From the NCBI GenBank assembly GCA_964422025.1, contig CAYQYZ010000005.1, forward strand, positions 2,743 to 66,742: 64,000 bases of DNA, written 5' to 3'. Positions 14,744 through 23,700 of the stretch are shown piece by piece. Positions within the stretch are counted from its first letter, which is position 1. Every line of letters begins with the position of its first letter. The position numbers were made by a program, and so were the translations under genes. The DNA is from an uncultured Gammaproteobacteria bacterium (GTDB taxonomy: Bacteria > Patescibacteriota > Microgenomatia > UBA1406 > HO2-37-13b). Under the pieces are notes generated by a model that saw nothing but the letters and a program-made list of their open reading frames with translations, was not told where the DNA came from and made no database searches.

Positions 14744-17442
14744 GGTGTTGGTGTCGCTGGTACTTGAGCAGGTTCTGTATTTCCGTACGATTGCTCCAGT
14801 CTCCTTCTTCTAAGTCTATCTACTTCTTGCGCCATTAATGCAGCTTTTTGTATGCGCTCTCTATTAATCTTTGTATTCGTTTTATAATAGTCTTCTGGCG
14901 CCATTCCAGCGGCTTCCGCCCATCCTGCTAATATTCTGAGCTGTAAATCTGCTACATCACGATAATAAAAATTATACTGCTCTAAAACCTGCGCATCTGA
15001 TTCTTTCGGCTTAGGAGTTGTAGCATCGGGCTTAATTTGAGTAACATCTTGTAAATATCTTTGTATATCTTGTGGGACTAATCCCAAATCAGCAGTACCA
15101 ACCACGCTCTCATGTATCGAATCCCACATAAATTGCAGGTCTTGGGCAGATATTGCGGCTTGTGTCAATGCCATAAGACTTGCTCTATCAGTAATAGCTC
15201 CGGGGTGTCTCAAATTATAAAGTTCCTTGAATCTTTCAGGAGAAAGGAGCTTAGTAACTTCTGCTAGTTTCGCTGGAGCTATAATTGCTTCCCGACCAAA
15301 TAATCCCTGGATTGCTTGTAAATGGGCTTGAGGCCAATTATCATAAAATTTTATTGCAGGAAGCTGCAATAAACCAGCCTTAACAAGATCTAACCGCTCA
15401 CTAAATTCCCTTCGCTTATCCGAAGTTAACATGCTATTTCGATATTCTATCCAGGCTTCCTTTGTAATCTGAGCAAATTTATCCGGGTCAGCTGCGCGAT
15501 TAATCTGCTTTGTTAAATCATCAATTTTCTTTTGAATTTCTTCCGGCGACTCAGCAGGATATCCACCCGACGAAATTCTGCCATTAAGACGAGTAATTTC
15601 GTCTTTAGCGTCCTTTCTGGACTTAACACGAGCAATCTTCGCATCATCCCAATCTTCAGGTCCGTTTCTAATCCTTTCTAATGCAGCCCGCTTTTTTACT
15701 AATTCTTCACCTATTTCTCCCATTCTAATATCTATGTCGGGCACAGTAATGGAAATCAAGATGCCCTCCTTCTTTTGGAGCTCTTTCTCCTTTGCTTTTA
15801 TTTGGCGACTAATTTCTTTAGCTGCCAATTCAGTAACAGAAGTACTAGGAGCCGTCGCGCCTTTTGGAGGATTGGATGCTTTAATTTGAACTAAATTATC
15901 ATTAAGCTTAGCTAATTCCGCTCGCAGCCGAGTCAGAGTGGCTGCAGGAGCTTCGTATTTTGCTTTTTCAGCTTCTAAAGCAGTGATTTCTCCTTCAAGG
16001 GTTTTCTTTTCAGAGGGCCAAGTGTCATAAGCAGCAAAGTCAGCCGTAGTATCAGCACCGCTATCTTCAACTTCTTTCACTCTCTTGTCTGCTTCTTTTT
16101 TTTGTTTTTCTAGCTCTTTTTTCTCATTTGCTCTTTCAAGATTTTCTTCCTCAATTTTTTTAAGCTTTTCAATTCGTTCCTTCTCTAACTTGATAGTCGC
16201 TTCACTTTTTGGTTTTTCCAAATCTGCAATCCTGTTTTGGACCTGTTCGGTTACGCTAGTGTCTCCAGTTCTTTTTACTTCTTCTCGTTCGGCTTTTACT
16301 CGAAGGTTATATGCTGTCACAGCATCAGCAGCTGCTTCAGAAATTGCAAGCCGAACATCTTCAGCATCTGCGCCTGGTGCCAAACCCCTAATTGCTTCTC
16401 GCTCTCGGAGTGTATGACCTGGTTGAATTTGAGTTGTATCGCGGAAATTGATTTTAATTAGTGAAATATCGAGCCCTGTTGAGGTATAAAAGTCAACCCG
16501 TGCTCGAGTCAATGTCTTAAGTTTATTACGCATGAAGGTTGTCATTGATTCATTGGAGTTATTCGGATTAGAACGACTTCCATAATTTTCTCCATCTTCT
16601 AAGCCGAGCGATTGAAGATAAATTATTTGAGCATCTGAAAGACCAGTAAAGTCAGCCACTTGACCGGCTGGTGGAGGAAAATCAACATTGTAATCGCTTG
16701 CTTTATTTGTTGCATTCTTAACCTGTCTTGAATGCACTTCGGATATATAGCGCGATCTTTCACTTGCGGTTAGGTGCTGTAAAATAGCTGGACGAACCGC
16801 TCCCGGAAATTGGTCGATAATTTCGTTTATTTTCTCCGGCAATGTAATTGCTTTATTGCCGATGATTCTTCTTACAATGTTGCCGGTAATTGTATTTATA
16901 GGCGTAGTACCCCTGTATCGATCTACTTTTGGACCACCCGCGATCTCGTCTGGCGTTGGAGTATCTATATTTGGATCCAATATATCAGTAGCAGTAATAT
17001 CTACTTGCAAGGCCTCTTGAAGAGTGCGTAAACTAAAATCATGCATTTTTACTATTAATTCTAGATTTTTATTATCTTTATTAAAATCGGCGGCAACACG
17101 TCTAATCAAAGGCAACAATTCTTCTTCAGGTATTGTACTTATCGGTCTTTGTCCAGCAACAGTCTCAACCTGTTTACGCATCGTATCTACAAATTGAGCT
17201 TGCCATGGCTCCATACGCGCAGGAGAGATATTATAGTACGTCGAAAAAAAGTCAACAACCTGCAGCTCATCTGTTTGTTCGGTGGTAGATTTAAGCTCAA
17301 ATGTTTTTGTACCCACGATACTTCCCTCATGAAGATCCACTGACAGTCTTTGTTCACCTTTGCTCTCAGTAGTTGGCACACTAGAAACTTCCTGGGGTGC
17401 AGGTTGTGGATCGCCAGCCAAAGTATTTATATCAACAGACAT
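14740..17442 (-). CDS. Hypothetical 900-aa cytoplasmic protein with a long central coiled-coil
   Basis: Long ORF with Glu/Lys-rich heptad-like central third. No signal peptide and no catalytic motif recognised. Confidence 0.7.
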   Translation of the reverse strand: MSVDINTLAGDPQPAPQEVSSVPTTESKGEQRLSVDLHEGSIVGTKTFELKSTTEQTDELQVVDFFSTYYNISPARMEPWQAQFVDTMRKQVETVAGQRPISTIPEEELLPLIRRVAADFNKDNKNLELIVKMHDFSLRTLQEALQVDITATDILDPNIDTPTPDEIAGGPKVDRYRGTTPINTITGNIVRRIIGNKAITLPEKINEIIDQFPGAVRPAILQHLTASERSRYISEVHSRQVKNATNKASDYNVDFPPPAGQVADFTGLSDAQIIYLQSLGLEDGENYGSRSNPNNSNESMTTFMRNKLKTLTRARVDFYTSTGLDISLIKINFRDTTQIQPGHTLREREAIRGLAPGADAEDVRLAISEAAADAVTAYNLRVKAEREEVKRTGDTSVTEQVQNRIADLEKPKSEATIKLEKERIEKLKKIEEENLERANEKKELEKQKKEADKRVKEVEDSGADTTADFAAYDTWPSEKKTLEGEITALEAEKAKYEAPAATLTRLRAELAKLNDNLVQIKASNPPKGATAPSTSVTELAAKEISRQIKAKEKELQKKEGILISITVPDIDIRMGEIGEELVKKRAALERIRNGPEDWDDAKIARVKSRKDAKDEITRLNGRISSGGYPAESPEEIQKKIDDLTKQINRAADPDKFAQITKEAWIEYRNSMLTSDKRREFSERLDLVKAGLLQLPAIKFYDNWPQAHLQAIQGLFGREAIIAPAKLAEVTKLLSPERFKELYNLRHPGAITDRASLMALTQAAISAQDLQFMWDSIHESVVGTADLGLVPQDIQRYLQDVTQIKPDATTPKPKESDAQVLEQYNFYYRDVADLQLRILAGWAEAAGMAPEDYYKTNTKINRERIQKAALMAQEVDRLRRRRLEQSYGNTEPAQVPATPTP

Positions 17443-17471
17443 AGTAAAAAAACTTTATAGCTTCATATTAC

Positions 17472-17500
17472 TTGTAACTATTTTTAAATTCAAGTATTAT
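17472..17500 (+). promoter_or_regulatory. Promoter; the predicted TSS coincides with the ATG at 17508
   Basis: TTGTAA, 17 nt spacer, TATTAT, 7 nt, ATG. The first ATG of the ORF (17499) lies inside the -10 box. Confidence 0.5.
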
Positions 17501-17507
17501 GAAATGC

Positions 17508-18899
17508 ATGGATAACCCTGAAACTAGCGGAGTACCGGTAGATGTTGCCGCAGCTCCCGTTATCGCCGTTGAACCTGCTCTTGATTCTGGAGCTGCTTCC
17601 CAGATCGAACTACCAGATGCTGACGATATTCCACAACCAGACGATGCTCCGCCATCCCCTTCGGCCACACCTGTCGATGCCGAGGCAGCTGCACAAGCGG
17701 CAAAAGATGCTGAAAAAAGTGATCGAGAAAAACAACTTCGTACAGGCATGTCGCGTGCTTCAAATGCGACATTAAACAGGAAAACGCGCGAAACAGTGGA
17801 TCATCTTGCTACGCTCGATGTAGCAGGAAAAAAAGAGTATTTAGAAAAAAATCCTCATGCCAAAATTCTAAGCGAAATTGATTATTTACGCAATTTATCG
17901 GCCGAGCGTTTACTCAAAGAAGGACCTGTGGCATTAGATAAATCGGATCCTCCCTATGTATTTAATGGCAAAACACTTGGTTCAATAACAGCGGTAGACG
18001 GTTCTAATTTTACTTGCACCATATCGGGATCAACAGAAACCATCCCGTTAACGCGTGATCAACTAGTTGCTATTGCGATTGGAACTAATATCACTGATGT
18101 TATAGCAAATTTTCCAGATGGATCACCCCAACGCAAGTTAATCCAAACATATTTCGACACAAGTGCACCAGGAACAGAATTGACTAAAGAACAAATTGAC
18201 AACCTCCCCGATCTAATCACCGAAGTCGCTTCTGCGAATGGCCAATTTACAACCGGCGATCTTGTGAAGACACTCGAAACCCATATAGTTCCTATTGAAA
18301 TTCCAGCTGACGCTTCAGCTGAAGATCAAGCTCGACTTACCGAGCAAAATGCTCAGCGAGCCCTACAACTAGAAACTGCACGAACGGAGCTGCAAAAAAT
18401 AATTCTTCCTACGGGTGAAGATATTAGACATACCTTCGATACAGTTGGATTAACGAGCGAAAATGCTCATAAACAAGTTGCAGCAATACGTGAACGGATT
18501 CCTGAATTAAAAAAAGAAATTGACGCTGCTCAAAGTGGAGAGATTAGAGACAAGCTTAAAGCGCAACTTGACACAATTGAGGCGCAATCTCAAGTTTACA
18601 ATGAAATGTTAAAGTTGTTCAATGATGGTTCAATTGATGCCTTTGTCGAAAGCCAAGAGGAGGGCAATGTTCCACCAGATCTAGGAAAAAAGATTGTTGG
18701 TCATGCAATTAAAAACGAGATTGATGCATTGGCGTATATAGTATCACCAGAAACATCAGTAAAAGCTACCGCCGAACAGAAAACTAAGGCCCGCTTGGAT
18801 CGAGAAAAAAATGACAAAATCCTCAAAGGTGTTGGAATTGCCGCCGCCCTCGCCGCCCTACTCCTCGCCCTCGGGATCTCACAAGGGACAAAAGCGTAA
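17508..18899 (+). CDS. Hypothetical tail-anchored coiled-coil protein
   Basis: Acidic Pro/Ala-rich N-terminus, coiled-coil segments and a single C-terminal TM helix (GVGIAAALAALLLALGI). Confidence 0.65.
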   Translation: MDNPETSGVPVDVAAAPVIAVEPALDSGAASQIELPDADDIPQPDDAPPSPSATPVDAEAAAQAAKDAEKSDREKQLRTGMSRASNATLNRKTRETVDHLATLDVAGKKEYLEKNPHAKILSEIDYLRNLSAERLLKEGPVALDKSDPPYVFNGKTLGSITAVDGSNFTCTISGSTETIPLTRDQLVAIAIGTNITDVIANFPDGSPQRKLIQTYFDTSAPGTELTKEQIDNLPDLITEVASANGQFTTGDLVKTLETHIVPIEIPADASAEDQARLTEQNAQRALQLETARTELQKIILPTGEDIRHTFDTVGLTSENAHKQVAAIRERIPELKKEIDAAQSGEIRDKLKAQLDTIEAQSQVYNEMLKLFNDGSIDAFVESQEEGNVPPDLGKKIVGHAIKNEIDALAYIVSPETSVKATAEQKTKARLDREKNDKILKGVGIAAALAALLLALGISQGTKA

Positions 18900-18949
18900 A
18901 AAAACTCAGGAAATACTTCAAATAGGAGTCTTCACTCTATTGTAGAGCC

Positions 18950-19864
18950 TTACTTCTGTGGAAAATCTGGAACTGAAGGCATGTCGCTTATTGGTGCAAC
19001 GGGTTCTGGAGTTACAGCTGGTTCACTACTCCATGCCGGTGCTACGGGAGCGGAAGCCGGTTGGTTGGCCCATGTTGATGGCTCTGGAACTGCAGGTGCA
19101 GGAGTTACTACTGGAGCAATGGGTTCTGGATTTACAGCAGGAGCAGTAAACTCGCTGGGGGCAGAAACTGGTTCAACAGCGGCTGGCTCAACGGCTGGAG
19201 TCGACGGCATACCATTTTGTGATAGCGTATCCATAATTCCTTTTAACTCATCATCATGAGCTGGCTCGACGGGTGTAACAGGAGCAGCAGGTTCATTATT
19301 CCAGGCTGGTGCCGAAGGCTCGACTGGCGCTGTTAAAGGCTCGACTGGAGTAACGGGTTCCGTTGTTGCTGGTTCATTGTTCCATGCGGGTGCAGCTGGC
19401 ATTTCAGATTGTACAGGGGTGAGTGGTTCGACTGGTGTAGGTGGGGTTACCGAAGCAACTGGTGGCATTACGGGTGCTGCGGCTGGCATAGCTGCGTTTT
19501 GATCTACTTGTGCAATATTTTGATCTAGTTTTTGTTCTCCTGTTGGCCATTGTGTTGGAGCAGGTACCGAATCTTGCACAATCGGTGCAACCGGAGCAAC
19601 TTCAGGCTGTACTGAAAGTCCAAGTGCCTGTTCAAATTCTTCTTGAGTAAATCCTTTTACTACTTTCTGGTCTGCGCCTTCGCCAACTACCATAACCGGA
19701 ACGCCTGAAAAGTTGTCCGAAATAGCCAACATGGCTGAAAGTGCTGTTCTATCGTGCTCAACGTCTTTATTTTCAAATGGAATATTGTGCGCAGTTAAGA
19801 AGTCTTTAGCCTGCTTACAAAAATCTGATTCTGTGTCATTAATTGTATAGAGTATTACATTCAT
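18950..19864 (-). CDS. Glutaredoxin/NrdH-fold protein lacking the CxxC site, with a long Pro-rich repetitive tail
   Basis: VILYT....ESDFC.QAKDFL...IPFENKDV......SGVPVMVV matches the Grx fold pattern, but the first active-site Cys is replaced. The tail repeats PVTPVEP / APAWNNEPA. Confidence 0.55.
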   Translation of the reverse strand: MNVILYTINDTESDFCKQAKDFLTAHNIPFENKDVEHDRTALSAMLAISDNFSGVPVMVVGEGADQKVVKGFTQEEFEQALGLSVQPEVAPVAPIVQDSVPAPTQWPTGEQKLDQNIAQVDQNAAMPAAAPVMPPVASVTPPTPVEPLTPVQSEMPAAPAWNNEPATTEPVTPVEPLTAPVEPSAPAWNNEPAAPVTPVEPAHDDELKGIMDTLSQNGMPSTPAVEPAAVEPVSAPSEFTAPAVNPEPIAPVVTPAPAVPEPSTWANQPASAPVAPAWSSEPAVTPEPVAPISDMPSVPDFPQK

Positions 19865-19943
19865 ATATATATTGTAGATTCAAACTTACGAATCCTACTA
19901 TCACTATAAAAGAATCAATAATATGTTGTCAAGGAGGAAATAT

Positions 19944-19971
19944 GGAGAACCTTCGACAAGCTCAGGGTGAC
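19944..19971. repeat. Family-1 repeat, divergent variant (reverse orientation)
   Basis: ggagaaccttcgacaagctcagggtgac. Confidence 0.55.
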
Positions 19972-20036
19972 ATAAGATATGGGGTACGGGGGTACCGTAT
20001 ATTAGGCACAAAAAGCCGCATCAGATATATTTAAAA

Positions 20037-20120
20037 ACGGCGCGAGATATCTGTTTGGAGACGAGTTGAAGCGTGAAGCAACTCTTCACTCGAGTCGACA
20101 AACACGATATCGAGCGGAGT
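20037..20120. repeat. Family-2 MITE-like element, 84 bp, identical to 52557-52640
   Basis: acggcgcgagatatctg...gatatcgagcggagt. The ends form an imperfect 15-bp inverted repeat (11/15). The interior folds as a long imperfect hairpin (CGAGTTGAAG / CTTCACTCG). Confidence 0.85.
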
Positions 20121-20144
20121 TATCAAATATATCCATTTTCCCAC

Positions 20145-20174
20145 TTGACATTGTTTGCAATACTTTTCTACAAT
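20145..20174 (+). promoter_or_regulatory. Promoter; the predicted TSS is at or next to the ATG at 20183
   Basis: TTGACA, 18 nt spacer, TACAAT, 8 nt, ATG. Confidence 0.55.
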
Positions 20175-20182
20175 CAATTAAT

Positions 20183-20779
20183 ATGACAAATCTATCAAGC
20201 ACGATCAAACAAGACCTTGCCGAGTTCAACAAACTCGACCAAAACCGAAAAATGGCCGTAATTGCCATTATTTTCGGCCTTTTCATTATTAGTATTATTG
20301 TCGGAGCAAACGTAACCAAAAAATCCGACACCGATACACAAACAGCCACTCCAACAACCGGTGCGCTTGAAAATGCAAAACCATCAACAACCATTGCCCT
20401 ATCCCCTGCTAAGCAGACTATTAAAGTAGGAGAGGCAACAAAAATTGACGTCATGCTTTCTAAACTACCCGTAACTGCTGCTGATGTAATATTGACTTAC
20501 GACGCAAAACAGGTTACCGTTTCAGCCCTTACGAATGGAACCGTGTTCCCCCGAGTAATTGGCATGAAGAATGAAACCGGAAAAATTACCTACAATGGCT
20601 CACTTTCTGAAGAAAGCCCAACCGATCGAAAAGAAGGGGTCATTTTCAGCTTCACCGTGACACCAAAAGCGGGTGCCAAATCAGTCGTAATTGACTTTGA
20701 TCATACCAAAACGCTTACTGCGATCAACGGCGAAAACACGCTGGGTAGCACAGTCGGAGGAATTTACACCATACAATGA
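20183..20779 (+). CDS. Membrane-anchored cohesin-like domain protein
   Basis: TM helix, then VGEATKIDVMLSKLPVTAADVILTYDAKQVTV...GVIFSFTVTPKAGA. Start moved from 20066, because the upstream part of the ORF is repeat and promoter sequence. Confidence 0.55.
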   Translation: MTNLSSTIKQDLAEFNKLDQNRKMAVIAIIFGLFIISIIVGANVTKKSDTDTQTATPTTGALENAKPSTTIALSPAKQTIKVGEATKIDVMLSKLPVTAADVILTYDAKQVTVSALTNGTVFPRVIGMKNETGKITYNGSLSEESPTDRKEGVIFSFTVTPKAGAKSVVIDFDHTKTLTAINGENTLGSTVGGIYTIQ

Positions 20780-23700
20780 ATATATCGCAATTAAAAAATT
20801 GGAAACAACGCGGAGAAGTTGCCACCCTATTTACGGTGGCGGCTTTGGTGTTAATGGCCGCAGGCACTTTGTTGGGTTCAGCGCGCGTTGTTCAAGATAA
20901 TGTTTTAAAACTGGGAAGCTTTGCGTACGACAATACATATCGCGCACATTTCTATAAAGGCCCAACATTCGAAGAAAAAGATCGTATCCCAGGCCAACCA
21001 AATTCAGGATACACATTAATTCGAGGATCACTTTGTTTTACTGGTACTAGGATTCCTTCACAATTACAACAATTCTGGGTTCACACTCCTCAAGACCCAA
21101 ATCGAGGATATCCACAAAAGGCATGTGACAATACTAATACCGATACCAAAGATGATTGTATTGTACATGAAGGAAGAACCGTTAAATACATCGCTCCACA
21201 AACTTCACGTCCGTATTGTGATAGCCCCGATGTAGGAAAAGCAAACTGGAGAGCCTGGGATTTTACGTTAAAATTACAAGCACCATATTCTAAGGATTTG
21301 TGTTCAGGGTTATTTGTAAGCTCAAGCTCAAGTTTTGTTTCTCGTGATCCAATTGAAATCGACATGAATGCATGGCATCGTTATTTGGGTCAACATGGTG
21401 TTGATTGTGGACCAACCCCAACCGTGCCAGTAAATCCAACAAATACACCAATCCCAACTGACCAACCACCAGTTACAGAGCAGCCTACTATTAAGGTACC
21501 AACCGCTAGACCAACCATTGACAATCGTATTACTGCAGGACCTACCGTAAGAATTAGTATTCGACCTACCGATAAGCCACGATGCCCTGATCCTAAAAGA
21601 CCATGTCCTTCTATCACTCCTGTTGGTGAATGTAGAACAGACATAACGTGCTCATCGAAATCAAAACCATGTCCGTCCGGATATTCATGCCTATTCTTAA
21701 ATGAAGATCTAAATGCCGATAATCCAGGCACATGTGTGAGTAACGACCGAAAATGTAATCCAACAACAACGCCAACGCCTCCACGAGCTACAATTTCCCC
21801 GCAACCTTCATGTAATGATTGTGTTTCACAAGGAAAAGCATACCGATGTACCGGAGATGTAGCATTCCCAGGCCAATCACCTGCCGTTTACTGTAGTAAT
21901 ACCGACACTGGTCGTCCGGCTTCATGCCAACTCTGTACACCAGTTTCAGTTACCAGCAGTCCTGAACAAGCAAAGATTCGCGGAGATATTATTGTAAATT
22001 CATGTAAAAAACCAGATAGCGTTGATACGAGAATTTGTAGTAAAACAAATCCATCCACCTGTTTGCGCGGAAATACCCCAGTAACATTCATCGGTCAAGA
22101 CCCTACAAATCCTAATAAATGGGTATATTCCTATGAACATACTGTCGCTCCTATTGATGGCACCACTTCATACGAGCCTATTGAGCGAGGTCTTTTATAC
22201 GCCGAGATGCAAGCATATGCACATTACAGCGTAAACGGACTTATTACTGACTATGGCATCGTGACATATCCACCATTCCAAGCCAATCAGAAACCAAAGG
22301 TTGGTTATACAACAATTCCAGCAAGTGATAGTGAGTCTATAATTAACTATGAAGTTCTACAGAATAGTATTGTATGTCCACCGGTGAGTCCAAGTGTTAA
22401 ACCGTCGGAAGCACCAACAGCTATTCCTTCACCGAGCATGTGTAAATTTAGCGCAACACTTGAAGTACGTGATGAAGCAACTAACTTACCAATCCCTGTT
22501 TCACAAATGGGCGATGTAAATAAATGGGGAGTAGCAAATGACAAGCAAACAAACAAACCAAACACCCTATTTAGCATTTCAGGTGATGTAGTAAACGGCG
22601 AACGCGTATCGCGTTACAATCTTAAAACTGACACTTTGACGTTTAGACCACAAGATTCAAAAGCCCTATATCAGGAAGGAGATAAGGCACAAGCAGGATT
22701 GTATATTGATACAAATAAATGGAAAATTACCCGAAAAATTCCATGTAACGGTAATGGGTGTCCTATTCCTAACGAACCGGGTAACAATCCAATACTTGAC
22801 CAATATGGATCAACAACAACGGGGTTCAAGATGAACTGTGATCAGTCAAGCAGTTATGGTTGGTACGTACAAAAACTTCCTCCAACCAGCCCAGAAAATC
22901 CTGGACAACCAGGTCAACCCGCTGGCCAATGTGTATTGCGTGACCCAGTGAATGCAGTCAAGTGTTCACCTAAGAATGTAAAAGCCGTTCGAAAGTCAAC
23001 AAGCACCGTTGCAGTTAGCTGGACTGCACCAGATGCATCATGCAACTTTACCCCTGGCTCAAATGGTGATTTCTATCGAATTGATTTGATCGACATGACT
23101 GAAAATCCACGCTCAGTAATTACCACCTGTGATAAAATCACCAATACCAGTAAAGAATGCACTCTTTCCCCAACCTATCATCCAAATAGCTCAGGTCAAA
23201 AAGGAACATTCCAGGCTGGTCATGACTACGTTGCAAGTGTATATGCATTCAAAGAAATTCCTGGCTCTGTCGATATGTGTGTAAGCAATAATGGAAATGC
23301 TTCTTTTGACCGACCTGCAAAAGACAACGGATCAGGCGATGCTCCTGAACCAACAACCGCTCCAATCGGTGGAAGTGATAGTAATGGTAACGAATTATTA
23401 ACTAGACAACTTGATTGGATGGTTAATAATGTAGGCGTGTGTTGGGCTGGATGGAGCCATGGTAAGTGTAGCTTGGCATACAATGGAACAAATAAATGGG
23501 CGCAAAGCATAACTGATGGTCGTTTCAAATGTTTTGCTCCATATGGAGCAGATAAAGCTGTGCCCGGTCAGGAAACGGTGGTAATTGGACTCATGGATGG
23601 AGTGGAACAAATTAACGGTGTTCAAACAAAACGAGTTGACTGTATAGGAAATAAAGAGAACGCGTGCATTGCTGCAAAAGATACAAAAGTTTCTCAATGT

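Noticed and set aside
17468-17749. 93-codon minus-strand ORF overlapping the start of the 17508-18899 gene
   Set aside because: It is an Ala/Ser-rich shadow of the acidic Pro/Ala-rich N-terminus encoded on the plus strand, and it would run through the intergenic promoters.
20066-20182. N-terminal 39 codons of the ORF-track protein 20066-20779
   Set aside because: This stretch is made of the family-2 repeat (the identical sequence is intergenic at 52557-52640) and a TTGACA/TACAAT promoter. The real start is the ATG at 20183.
20806-20880. Type IV pilin-like (class III) signal at the N-termini of the two giant proteins (..RGEVATLF.., ..SGEILSTLL..)
   Set aside because: The G-(F/M)-(T/S)-L-(I/L)-E consensus, with Glu at +5, is not met because the Glu is at +1. 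I treat these as ordinary signal anchors until a peptidase site is shown.
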